Positions 12,416 to 24,949 of a stretch of DNA of 54,870 nt are shown one piece after another. Numbering within the stretch: position 1 is the stretch's first letter; the number at the start of each line of letters is the position of its first letter. Origin of the DNA: Octopus bimaculoides (taxonomy: Eukaryota); contig NC_068985.1 of the NCBI RefSeq assembly GCF_001194135.2, positions 100,992,270-101,047,139 on the forward strand, read 5' to 3'. A program made the translations under genes and the position numbers. The notes under the pieces were generated by a model. It was not told where the DNA came from. It made no database searches and was given only the letters and a program-made list of their open reading frames with translations.

Positions 12416-14195
12416 GTTTTTTTCGGGATGGCCATATGCTCTTTGCGAAATAAGCATACGCGTTATATGTTATATTTTTGTTCTCCTCTCGACTCGTCTT
12501 TTTTTTGCGGGGGGGGTCTTTTATTTCTATTTTAACTCTCGTCCATTGTCCGGAAATCTTTCTTCACACATCTGTAACCTCTTCAGGGATACATTTCGTT
12601 TTCGTGTGTGTTCTTGCTTCACTTGCTCCAATCTATTCTATGGCCTGTATCCTCAAATGCGCATGCGGCCGTGTTTGTGTGTGTGTCTTTGTGCGTGGAT
12701 GTGTGTACATGTGTGTGTGTGCATACTTGCGTGTGTGCTATTTTTCTTAGCAGTAGTATTGCTTTCTTCTCAATCCATATCCTCTTACCCCATTGTGCTG
12801 CTGCTGTCATAAGACCCGAAAATTTGGTACAGTTCCTGTATCCCTCTTTGTTTGTGTGTTCACTCATTCTGGTAGTTGTTGTTTTTGCCCTAGTTGTCAC
12901 TGCAGCTGTTGTTGTTGTTATTTCTGTTGTAGATATTGTTGTGGCCATCCGTAAAAATTTTCTGTGTGTGAATCTGTTCGCTCTGTATGCTGTTAGTATC
13001 CATGCCCTGTATACGGATTTATTAAACTTATTATATCTATCCTATATATGTAGGATGAATCCACGGGTTAAATGTAAGTTTAGGAATGTATCCTATAACT
13101 TACGATGTACTGAGGGAGAGTGCAGAAAAATGACCACTGCCTGCATTGTGGAAACTGGACGCAGCATAGAGGAGAGCTCAAAGAAGAGAAAAGCTTGCAG
13201 TAGTCTGGCATCATGCTCAGGCTGAAGATAGAGTCACTATTAATAACATATAGGTTAGAGTATTATTAACGCAAAGAACTGACACGGCTCATCGACAGAT
13301 CACAGAGTTTACACACATATCTGTAGACAGTCGAACCTCAATACAGAACAAGAATGGAACAGTAAAGACAGAAGGCATAAGAAGAGAAAAAAGGGGAAAA
13401 AGAAAACATGTAGGTAACACAGAGATACATATAGAGTAATAAACACACAAAAGACATGTATGCACTTACCTGTGATACATATAAGAAATAGAATTACATA
13501 AATATTTTTTTTTAAATAAATAAATATATAAATATATTAATAGATAAAAAGTAAGTAAATATATTTGTCATAAACCTGCGATAAATATAAGAAATAGAGA
13601 TAGATAAAATAAATAATTAAATTCATATAAAGAACGTGGATACTAACACCATACGCTGCGAACCGATACACGCACATACCAACAGAAAAAAATCACGAAA
13701 GGCAACAACAATATCAGCAACACAAATAACAACGAGAGTCGCAGTGGCAGTGACGATTATAGCAATAACAACAACAATATGTACCACGATGGCAACACCG
13801 TGGGCAAACACACAGACACAGAGATATACAGGAACTGTACCAAATTTTCAGGTCATGAGACAGCAGCAGCACAATGGGGTAAGAGGTTGGGGCTGAGGGG
13901 AAGGCCATACTGCTGCTGAGAACAATGGCACAAACACAAACACACAAACACGGATGCAAAGGCATGCGCACATAAGGAAACATATCTTAGAACACAATGT
14001 AGTAGGTGAAGCAAGAGCACGCACGAAAATGAAAAGTGTCACCGAGGAGATCACAGATGTGTGACGAAATATTTCTGGACAATGGACCTGAGAGAAGATG
14101 AAAAAAAAAGACAGTAATAAACCAGTGAATAAGACATATATAGTTCCTGTGTTTATTTGGGAAAATAAAGAAAAAAATGGCCAGCCTGAATTACA
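12416..14195. repeat. Long diverged inverted repeat: arms ~12416-13045 and ~13585-14195, spacer ~540 bp
   Basis: For example 12780-12845 cctcttaccccattgtgctgctgctgtc..aaaatttggtacagttcctgta is the reverse complement of 13828-13885 tacaggaactgtaccaaattttc..gacagcagcagcacaatggggtaagagg; further matched blocks on both sides. Confidence 0.85.
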
Positions 14196-14619
14196 AGAAT
14201 ACCTGTTTCAACACAGGACTTCACTTCAGGAAACTTGCGACATTAATTGGTAAACGTATACACACACACACATATAATTGTATGTATGTATATATAGAGT
14301 TATTAATATTTCTAAGTCTCTCTAAAGGAGACTACGGCAGCGGTACTGGAAATTAATAGTTATCGCCAAGCCAACATGGCAGTCCCAAAATTAGGACGAA
14401 AGCTGCCGTGAATTAGCTCCAAGAAGCCATCGCCTCTNNNNNNNNNNNNNNNNNNNNNNNNNNNNNNNNNNNNNNNNNNNNNNNNNNNNNNNNNNNNNNN
14501 NATATATATAAATGTGTGTGTGTGTATGTATATATATACATCTAAGTATGCATATATATATGTGTGTGTGTGCGCGCGTGTGTATGTGTGTGTATGAGAT
14601 TCATAGTCCTAGAGATATC

Positions 14620-16250
14620 GGGTTCAACGAATGCAAAACAGAAACGCTTAGCATTCTTACAAAACATTAGTCTTAACCTCACTTATAAATCTTTTTGTAG
14701 AGATAATTTTCCTTTACTTTGTCTTCATGGAAACAGACTTTTGTTAATGAGGGACCGATCACTAACGAAGCATTAAGTATGGTGTAGTGATTTAGGCAGG
14801 CCAGCGCGATCAGAATAGCATTGCAACAAAATTATATATATATTTTCCCATGCATGCTATAAACCTATATTTTGGGACAGCACATGCTCATCAGTTTAAG
14901 TTATAACGCTAATGTCAAAGTCTTGTACTGCTCGTATAGGTGAATAATATTTTCAGCTCTTGAGCTATATTTGAAATTTAGGTCAACTGAATTTAAAATT
15001 GTTTCTTTTATTTATACGTACCAAGTAGCCTTGAGTTCTATCAATAGTCAGGAAATTGATCTGGAAGCTCTGATACAAAGAGTGTTTCGGTACAGACAGA
15101 AAAAATATTATAAGAACAATCAGGTTTAAGTTTATTAGTTTGCTTTTGCTATGAGCTTCGAGGTGCACGTTTCCTTTTATTTCAATATTTCAAAACGTGT
15201 ACGAGCTTGTTATTCATTAAGATATTCCCGATGGCTGCCTGTGTTATTTTTATGCAAATACAGAAAGACCAACTTTGTTCATTTGGTGTTTTTTCCATAT
15301 TATACAGTGCTAGGAGCTTCCATATATTCTATAGAAATATGTGTTCGTGATCTGTAATATAGTATTATAGAATATTACATTGTGTGAGGGCGGTCTCTAT
15401 TCCTCTGTTTAAGATGACACAAAATGCGCTCGCAAACTGAAGTGTGGAAATCAAGCATACACTTGCAGATTGTCAAGAGTAAAAACATTTTTACATGGTT
15501 TATTTTAAAAGGCATAAATAGCTTCATAGATTTTTCAAAAGTTAAGCAACATCCAATGACGTAACTGAATTTGGAATATTCTCTAGTTTGCGGGAGAGAA
15601 CATGACTAAAATTAATATCTGTTTAAGATATGATTGGATTGCTGGAACACAATCACGGGATTAGGGTTAGAATTTCTTGTAAGACCCCGCTGCGTCCGGA
15701 TGTGACCATATTATTTAAACCGTATGCCAATGGTGATTCAGTTAAATGAACGTATCTAGTGATAATCTCTAACTATTAAAATTTAGTTGCATATATGTTA
15801 GTAGGCAGAAAATGTTGCATTCTCCCCTACATTTTTGAGATCGTTTCCGTTGGGCTGCCACCATTTCAAAAATGATTTATAAATTATAAAATCTGGCACC
15901 TTAATGCAGTTTTCGAAGCTGAATTGTTGGCACTATTTGACTTTCTCCAGAAAATGTCTTCAAAAAAGTTATAGCAATTTAAAGTTTGATCATTTTGCGA
16001 GTGACTGCACATTTTGCCAACATCATGAAAACAGCTTGTGTTGTCAATATTTATATTCTACACGCGGAAAACTAGTCAACAACACGTTTTATGTCGTTTG
16101 AAAAATTCCACATCCATTTAACTAGATAGCACCAACTTAAAAGATTTATCGGAAAAATGTTATTTAGGTGTTATTTTTAGCACAACTCAGTGATAAAAAG
16201 AAGCTAGTAAACAACACATCTTTTGTAGTTTTAAGCGTTAAATATGCATT
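14620..16250 (+). mobile_element. Degenerate I-group (Nimb/I/Ingi-like) LINE ORF2 fragment: RT thumb plus RNase H
   Basis: LLLMRDRSL..K.YGVVI*AG (cf. LLLYRSLIRSKLDYG..W) at ~14738-14800; AVFEAELLAL at 15906-15935 followed ~22 codons later by IIL-SDC, matching RNase H AEL...SDS spacing. Confidence 0.5.
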
Positions 16251-16620
16251 TTATGCGATAAACAGCACATTACAAATCAAGTTTTTTCAAAATAAGAGAC
16301 TTAGGCTACGAACTCAAAAGATTTATCTAAAAACAAAATAACACTTTACAAATTAAATATTTAAACAAAAAAAAAAGATATTTTGTTAACCAGTTCATCG
16401 AAAGTGAAAGTTAGAAATACATTCAATCAATTTCTCGAACGAATCACAATTTTCATATATCCTTCGCCTCATAAATTTACATGCTCAATTCTCAATACAT
16501 AGGTAAAAAAAAAAAGAATTTCAGATGGATAAAAGTGTAGAACACAATGTCAACAAGCGGTTTCGATATATTTCAGAACACAAGTTATATTGGCGACAAA
16601 AGAGATCTCATGCCCCGATT

Positions 16621-16885
16621 GTTACTATGGAAACAGGCATGAATGTATCTGTGGCTTTCGATTGGCTAAAATTACCCAAAATTCCCAAGCTTTAATAGAT
16701 AATAACTCTTTATTTGTTGATTTATAGCGAAAACGATTTTCATGTCATTCATTAGCCTATGGAAGTGTATCATTCCGCCGAATATGAACACAATTCGAAC
16801 AGTAATTGACGCTGGCAGTCAAACGGAAAGGATCCCATTTTTGCATAATGCTGTGTGAGGAGAAATCTGGTAAAATGGCGCCTGT
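16621..16885 (+). promoter_or_regulatory. Candidate promoter motif cluster: RFX X-box, reverse CCAAT box, YY1-like/ATG
   Basis: GTTACTATGGAAAC (16621-16634) fits the X-box pattern RYYNYYWWRRNRAC; ATTGG at 16661-16665; AAAATGGCGCC with ATG at 16875. Confidence 0.35.
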
Positions 16886-19229
16886 GCTTGAGAATACTTT
16901 TCAAAGTTTCGTATCACGGATGACAATTTTCTATGATTTATTGTATACTGTCAGCGCACATATATGATTTTGTAAATCAAAGAAGATCAATGAGGGTTAT
17001 ATTAACAAAATGTGTAATATAATTAGGTATTTCCATATGCGTTTCCCTTGTCATAAAAATGATATGAAGTGATATAATCACTTGAAAATTGTCAAATCAA
17101 TTTCAATTCCTCAGTCCATAGAGAAAGACTGCTGTTTATATATTCTGAAGTTTGACTTAAACTCATTATTGAACCAAACTTCTCATACAGATTCAGGTTG
17201 CCACACTTGGGAAAATTAACTGTTTCTTATTCCTGAATAAATGATATTGTTTATAATATAGTTGCAGTTCTTAACTTGGTATGTAATATGCAAATAGAAC
17301 ATAGTGGTGTCCACTTTTCACGGTGAAGCTAAATAAGTAATAGCTTTAAGATATAACATTGATATTTAGCAATTTTATATATCATAATGATAAGCGCTGT
17401 TTCTATCAATTATTCACATTTCTTATATAATTTACGAATGCTTTCTATAACAATAGCTATAATCTAGTCGTCTTTGTGAGATCGAAACTATCAGTAAGAA
17501 AAGCGGTTCTAATTAAGGAGAGTACAACGTTGCAGTTACGCAGGTCAAACTGTTTACTGAACATAAAATAAAAGACGTCTTATTTAACCACAAGTTTATA
17601 GCTAGATTAACCAGAGATTTGAAATTCTTCCACGAGGCTAAACATTGTAATAATAATGTATGTCTGTTAGAGATTTATATCTAATTGATATCTGAGAAAT
17701 ATAGTACGCCTACTGATTAAATCTTCACGTTTTCGGCACTTGAGCATCTCTTGTAATTAGGACAGACTAATGTCATTATGTCTGGTGTTAGAACAATTAA
17801 GAAATATTTACAAAATAATTGCTGATCATGTAATAGGGCATTTCTCAAAAAGCATTGAAGAATGTATTTTGGCATATTGAGGGTTTAATTTTTCTACAAA
17901 CAGAATAAGGGACAACATTTAACGCAGAAATTTAATTCCCAGAAACACCTATAGTCGTTCTCTTAATTATTTACATTTTCAGAGATTGAACTGATATACA
18001 AATAAGACAAAAATATTCAGCCGTTGTGTGTATATACTAAAATTATATAGAAGCACAAATTTTATTTGAACAAGTTAAAATTCTATCAAAATCAGAAAAT
18101 GTCTTCAAATCTGGTGATATAAATGTATGTAGTCAACCAAGTGATACACAATATATTGGGTTACTCCCATACAAAAAGAAACAAAGAATAAATAGCTTAA
18201 TCACATTATCAACTAGACATTACCGTAGTAATAATGCGTGTTTACAAAGTCCTGAGTCATAAACTTCAATGACCTTGTTATAGACTAAGGAAGAACAATT
18301 CGGTTCTAACAGACCATATGCTATATATAATTAACTATATTATTCTGCTCAAACCTGAAGCAGAATGATGTTTAATCGATCACTGTACAGTAAAAATAAT
18401 GAATTGTCTGAGAGTCATGCATAGATAAATCAGGTTATTAATTTCCTTTTCCTCCATGTTTTACGTAATAATATGAGGCCATGTTCAAATATTGAATTTG
18501 CATATTAATTCGCATCATTGTTATTAATCGAATCATATATAACGTTGCTGTTATCGTGACAATCAGCAGTCAGTCACTTATTTTAGTCGTTTATATATAC
18601 AAAAATTAGCCTCATCATAGCTATTGATCTGACTTAAAGTCTGAACTAGAAGTAAAATAGGATTTTGTTTATCACTGAAAATTATTCGACTCAGTTCGAT
18701 TATGTTTTGTGCTATCTCAATCAATAATGTATCTAGAAATTATAAGAAATAGGTAAATGTATTCCATGATTCTGCATTCAAGCCTCGTGTTTTTATTGAT
18801 ATCATTTTAGGTTATATCAATTTAAACGATGTATTAAAATGTGTATAATCCTCAAACAATTTGCTAGCATTAATCATCTTCGTAGAGGAATTTTTCTACA
18901 TATACTTGACACACATAGACGCATATTCCCATAGATACGTTATACATACCGACATACGTATATATATGGGTGTGTGTGTGCAAATATCAATATATATGTA
19001 TATATATATGCATATACATTGATATATATGTTTATATATATATATATATATAGACTTGCCCGTCGTTAAACAAAGTATGGGTATTCGACGTTCAATATAA
19101 ACTATAGCGCCACCTTTTCTCTCGAAGAACGTAGGATTGAAACGATAAGGTGTATTTTCAATCTTCCCGAACCTCAATTAATACATTTCCTCGTTCTATC
19201 ATGTGTGTTCATCTTACATTTTGCGTAAA

Positions 19230-19385
19230 TTTCAACAGTAAGTAAATATATACATACATGCATACTTACATACATACATACATGCATACATACAAGCATA
19301 CATACATACATACATACATGCATGCATATATACATACATAAATTCACTTTTACATACATACATCCATACATAATACATTCATACC

Positions 19386-19416
<31 letters not shown>

Positions 19417-19617
19417 CGCATATATGGCAACCCTAGTTGCTTACCTTGAATTATGATATAACCTCCCTTCAGCTTCTCCTGCTTCGAGAGAGAAAACAGA
19501 GCGAAAAACATCTGCCACAATAAACAAACATCTTTCCTAAAATAGCTTTTTAAATATTCTACACATTCCTTGAATCTCACTAACTCTCACGCTTTCACCA
19601 TTGGATCTTTACACACA

Positions 19618-19667
<50 letters not shown>

Positions 19668-19697
19668 NNNNNNNNNNNNNNNNNNNNNNNNNNNNNN

Positions 19698-19761
<64 letters not shown>
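19230..19761. repeat. (TACA)n, (TA)n, (CA)n and (GA)n microsatellite cluster
   Basis: Directly visible; includes a 30-nt gap at 19668-19697. Confidence 0.9.
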
Positions 19762-19764
<3 letters not shown>

Positions 19765-19949
19765 GTTGATGTATATGTGTGTATACAACCACATCAATCC
19801 ATGACTGTATATGCATGTACACTGAAGAATATATGGATGTATACATGAGTCCTATAAGTGTTTCTACTAGTCGATATACTTTAATAAATTATATATCTAT
19901 CTAACAATATTTGCTTTTATGTACATACATATATATATATATATATATA

Positions 19950-20202
19950 TTATTTATTTATTTATGGTTCTCAGCCAAGTGGCTGTGGTCATGCTGGAGC
20001 ACCACCGTGATTTTCTGTCTTTATGCTTTGCTCTCTTCACGTTCCTTGCATGGCTCTTCTCCTGCAACTGATATAGTCCAATCAAGAATTTTGATGGCAC
20101 ATCTGGTGTATAAGAGAATTTGACATCGCTGCCCTAAACTGTGTCTCATTTCGAGCCATTGGTTCGTCTGGTATCGTGGAGAGGAAAGCGTCGAGCTTTG
20201 TC
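19950..20202 (-). mobile_element. 3' end of a CR1-like LINE: ORF2 C-terminus, 3' UTR and (TAAA)n tail
   Basis: KLDAFLSTIPDEP...RAAMSNSLIHQ* (stop 20082-20084) matches the K.LD.FL..IPD.P...RAA.SNSL..Q terminus of invertebrate CR1-group ORF2; upstream part lies in the 890-nt gap. Confidence 0.75.
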
Positions 20203-21112
20203 NNNNNNNNNNNNNNNNNNNNNNNNNNNNNNNNNNNNNNNNNNNNNNNNNNNNNNNNNNNNNNNNNNNNNNNNNNNNNNNNNNNNNNNNNNNNNNNNNN
20301 NNNNNNNNNNNNNNNNNNNNNNNNNNNNNNNNNNNNNNNNNNNNNNNNNNNNNNNNNNNNNNNNNNNNNNNNNNNNNNNNNNNNNNNNNNNNNNNNNNNN
20401 NNNNNNNNNNNNNNNNNNNNNNNNNNNNNNNNNNNNNNNNNNNNNNNNNNNNNNNNNNNNNNNNNNNNNNNNNNNNNNNNNNNNNNNNNNNNNNNNNNNN
20501 NNNNNNNNNNNNNNNNNNNNNNNNNNNNNNNNNNNNNNNNNNNNNNNNNNNNNNNNNNNNNNNNNNNNNNNNNNNNNNNNNNNNNNNNNNNNNNNNNNNN
20601 NNNNNNNNNNNNNNNNNNNNNNNNNNNNNNNNNNNNNNNNNNNNNNNNNNNNNNNNNNNNNNNNNNNNNNNNNNNNNNNNNNNNNNNNNNNNNNNNNNNN
20701 NNNNNNNNNNNNNNNNNNNNNNNNNNNNNNNNNNNNNNNNNNNNNNNNNNNNNNNNNNNNNNNNNNNNNNNNNNNNNNNNNNNNNNNNNNNNNNNNNNNN
20801 NNNNNNNNNNNNNNNNNNNNNNNNNNNNNNNNNNNNNNNNNNNNNNNNNNNNNNNNNNNNNNNNNNNNNNNNNNNNNNNNNNNNNNNNNNNNNNNNNNNN
20901 NNNNNNNNNNNNNNNNNNNNNNNNNNNNNNNNNNNNNNNNNNNNNNNNNNNNNNNNNNNNNNNNNNNNNNNNNNNNNNNNNNNNNNNNNNNNNNNNNNNN
21001 NNNNNNNNNNNNNNNNNNNNNNNNNNNNNNNNNNNNNNNNNNNNNNNNNNNNNNNNNNNNNNNNNNNNNNNNNNNNNNNNNNNNNNNNNNNNTATATATA
21101 TATGTATACATG

Positions 21113-21144
<32 letters not shown>

Positions 21145-22009
21145 CATACATACACGCATACATACATACATACATACATACATACATACATACATAAATA
21201 CATATTTAGTTACGTTCGGAAATAGACCAATTACACGAGAGCATGTCTACCTGTCAATAGTTATCTCTATTGCTCGCATACAATTTTTAAATTGAAAACA
21301 AAAATTTGCAATATTTTCCATACTCATTAAGGATGTAAGTGAGACTAAAGAAAAGGGTAATTATAAGATACAGCCTTCACTTTTTCTCTCTTTCATATGT
21401 AGAATTCCTCAATTATTTAATTAATCACTACCAACACCATTTTACAATCAATCAACTAAGTGCGATTGTGTTTACAGTGACATATACGCATGCAGATACA
21501 CATACACACGCATGTAAATGTACATATATATAGATGTATACATATACATATATATATACACATGTATATATTCACATATTTATAAATACATATATACTTA
21601 TATTTATACATACATACATACCTATTTATATGGATATAAAATTGTGCATACATATATGCATATATGTATACACATATGAAGACAGAAGCACACACACACA
21701 CACATACATATATANNNNNNNNNNNNNNNNNNNNNNNNNNNNNNNNNNNNNNNNNNNNNNNNNNNNNNNNNNNNNNNNNNNNNNNNNNNNNNNNNNNNNN
21801 NNNNNNNNNNNNNNNNNNNNNNNNNNNNNNNNNNNNNNNNNNNNNNNNNNNNNNNNNNNNNNNNNNNNNNNNNNNNNNNNNNNNNNNNNNNNNNNNNNNN
21901 NNNNNNNNNNNNNNNNNNNNNNNNNNNNNNNNNNNNNNNNNNNNNNNNNNNNNNNNNNNNNNNNNNNNNNNNNNNNNNNNNNNNNNNNNNNNNNNNNNNN
22001 NNNNNNNNN

Positions 22010-22052
<43 letters not shown>

Positions 22053-22516
22053 CATAGAAAGATAGATAGATAGATTGCTACAGACCTATGTATGTATGTT
22101 TCCAAATAAATGTGATAGACTAGAATAATAGCAAGTAATTATATGAAACTATATTTAGTTATAAACATGAAGCCGAACAGCAAACTAATTATGCTCGTAC
22201 ATGAAGAACGACATTCAATTTTCATTGCTTTAAATATATGCTTGTACATATATTCGAACAATTTTCTCTTTCTTAAGGGCAGCAAATATTCATTTGAGAA
22301 TGTTTGTGTTGTAAGCAAATATAAGCTATTTAATTAGGTGACATCATTCATGTTTGCACATTGTGAATTTTGCATTTAGTAAGCTACTATTTCGTACAAA
22401 TCTACTTGTTTCTTTAAAGAATTATAATTCAATATAAACAACGCACATTTTTAGTAGGAAATAACGGTTTCAATCCCGTTCACATTCGAAGGATTATAAT
22501 GATAATTATTATTATT

Positions 22517-23100
22517 TCTTCAGTTACACACTGATGACGTTGCTAACACTGAATCTGTTATTTGACACCCTATCAAAGATTTAACCAGAAATAGACTGTA
22601 CATTTCGCAGGATATACTGTACCACAAAATGGTGCCTTCTTTTATAACATGATGGTGATACAGAATCCTATTGTGTCCAAGTATTTCTCAGGGTTTCGTG
22701 CCAACGACCAAAGTATTCCAACCCCAAATGTTACCATTCTGGCTTTCATATTTCACATTCTCTCAAAATCTATCTTCATGTCTGCGTATTTTATCTTTTT
22801 TCTCGTCTTCTATATTGTTGCTATTTTGATCTCTTGGGCGAGCTACGCTGATGAAAAACAAGACCACATTACTGCATCTTTATACTTGTACTTCATCATT
22901 CAAGATGACTGTCTTGATTGTACAGTCCCACATGACTTTCACAGTCTGGTTTTCTAGGACATCTAGTTTGTATTATTACCATTTCACAGCGGTTGAAAAC
23001 GTAGATATCTTGCATAAAGTCCAATGTAAGCACACTTTATCACAACGAGTCTATATTCTCTCTGTACATGCATGTCGCAGGCATTCCATATGTGTCTCGT
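22517..23100 (-). mobile_element. R4/Dong-type non-LTR retrotransposon 3' fragment (restriction-like endonuclease domain)
   Basis: EY*TRCDKVCLHWTLCK..KW**YKLDVLENQTVKVMWDCTIKT..PRD...EKKDK..G.L.SLARNPEKYLDTIG...L*KKA..GT; ends in (TAA)n at ~22495-22516. Confidence 0.75.
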
Positions 23101-23109
23101 AACACTTCC

Positions 23110-23448
23110 CACCTTCCATCCAAATTTAGACCACATTGGGTCATGATTGATCATAGGATTGCACCTACAAAGTTACCCTCTGACACACAAATCCAAATAA
23201 AGCTGTTTATTGAAGGCAAGCAGTCGCCCTTTGATACCAGTCTTCCCGCTCCACCTCAACGATATTATCCAAGGGAAAGGCAAATGCCGATATTTTAGCA
23301 CCAGTGACGTTGCAGTGACTTATTTCTACACCTGAGTAAACTAGAGCAACGTGAAATATTGTGTCTTCCTCTAGAACACAATGCAGACCAGTCCGAGAGT
23401 CAAAATCTTGATTGTGAGTCCGACGCTCTAAACACGTAGCCATGCCCC
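23110..23448 (-). mobile_element. SINE family D, diverged copy
   Basis: gcaccagtgacgt..ctgagtaaactagagcaacgtgaaat..gtgtctt..agaacacaa..tctaaacacgtagccatgc is homologous to 27750-27915. Confidence 0.7.
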
Positions 23449-23569
23449 TTGGTTTACTTCTACACTTATTTGTTTTACAGTGGTTACACACTCCTTATCG
23501 ATTTTGTGGTTAGTGTTTGATCCTGAGCAGCCTCAAACTATGCCTCTCATCCTCAAACACTTTTTCTCT

Positions 23570-23690
23570 TTCTCTATCTCTCTCTTACCCAATACTTCCT
23601 CTCTCTCTCTCTCATTCTCTCTCTCTCCCTCACTCTCACTCTCTCTCTCACTCTCTCTCTCTCTCACTCTCTCTCTATCTCTCTCTCTCC
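23570..23690. repeat. (CT)n microsatellite
   Basis: Directly visible. Confidence 0.9.
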
Positions 23691-23899
23691 GACACAGTGT
23701 TTAATATTGTGACAGTAACTATATATGCAATTCGTCATATTCATACTCGATTTTGAAACAGCATATATAGAAATAATATTTATTTGCTGCCCCGAAATCT
23801 TTTGACCTTTCATATACATGGTTTTGCTTGCAGCCTTAACATCTCATCTGCACAAATTATCCCTATGATATGTATCTTAGAAAACACAGTTTACATTAC

Positions 23900-24610
23900 A
23901 CAGAACAACGCATATCCGCTGTATCAATTGCAATCATAAAAAGCTTAGCGTTTGCTAATGACATTGCCCTGCACTCCGACAATTATGTAAAGCTAGAACA
24001 GCTCACATTAGGAGTCGGAAAAAAATCCTTGAAAGATTGTTCTGAAAATTACTGTGAAGAAAATCGAAATAATAAACGTTACAATGTATGATTGTCGAAC
24101 AACAACGGTTATAAAGATCAATCAGCAAAATATCGAAAGATTAGAGAGATTCGCGTGGGTAGCATTATTATTAATAATGGTAATAATGAAACTGACGTCA
24201 AACGTGTGATTCACAAAGCCGTGCCGTATTCCACGAATGGGCACTAACTTGTCATACACCGTTGACCTACACAGAAATATATGTTGGTATAATAAATATA
24301 TTTCTCAATGACAGAGCAGCGGAACAATTGACTAAAGGAGTATTCTTCCACAGATTCTTAAGAAAGATCTTTAAAATGTACTGGCAACGACATATAAACA
24401 ATGAAGACATTCTAAGCACAGCAACCACATGACCTATTAGCGAAATCGTCAAAGAACTAAGATCCAAGCCTCCAAGTAAGATATTCCGGCAACCAGAACA
24501 AGGTGAAGTTAAAACGTCTTTCATGTGGATATTCTCGGAGATTAAAAAAAAGAAATGAAGCAGACAAATGTGTGACGCAAGATCTTCAAGGTGGAGACAA
24601 TTATTACGCC
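23900..24610 (+). mobile_element. Degenerate RTE-clade LINE fragment (RT C-half and thumb)
   Basis: LAFANDIAL (FADD motif, 23951-23971), LKITVKKIE, GSII.NNG..ETDVKRVIHKA, FHRFLRKIFKMYW..INNEDIL...PISEIVK. Confidence 0.75.
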
Positions 24611-24627
24611 ACTAGATGCAGAAACTA

Positions 24628-24841
24628 CTCTTTTTTACTCTTTTTTACTTGTTTCAGTCATTTGACTGCGGCCATGCTGGAGCACCGCCTTTAGTCGAGG
24701 AAATCGACCCCAGGACTTATTCTTTGTAAGCCTAGTACTTATTCTATCGGTCTCTTTTTGCCGAACCGCTATGTTACGGGGACGTAAACACACCAGCATC
24801 GGTTGTCAAGCGATGGTGGGGGGACAAACACAGACACACAA

Positions 24842-24872
<31 letters not shown>

Positions 24873-24949
24873 CATATATACGACGAGCTTCTTTCAGTTT
24901 CCGTCTACCAAATCCACTCACAAGGCTTTGGTCGACCCGAGGCTATAGT
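24628..24949 (-). mobile_element. SINE family A, young copy; 5' part lost in gap
   Basis: Tail (AGTAAAA)n, GGCGGTGCTCCAGCATGGCCGCAGTCAAATGACTG, internal (TA)/(TG) tract; collinear with 27978-28378 and 49003-49215. Confidence 0.9.

Noticed and set aside
12608-13225. 205-aa ORF with a hydrophobic Val-rich stretch
   Set aside because: Built from (TG)n and (GTT)n tracts in one arm of the inverted repeat; the frame is not kept in the other arm.
14330-14437. GC-richer ~110-bp segment ending at a gap, possibly a repeat terminus
   Set aside because: No second copy in the window and truncated by Ns, so it cannot be classified.
17520-18120. Several 30-45-codon open segments with plausible splice sites (e.g. 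DRLMSLCLVLEQLRNIYKIIADH)
   Set aside because: Phases do not join without frameshifts and no homology is recognised; consistent with chance in AT-rich DNA.
22649-22957. 102-aa hydrophobic ORF resembling a membrane protein
   Set aside because: Antisense to the purine-rich R4/Dong endonuclease remnant.
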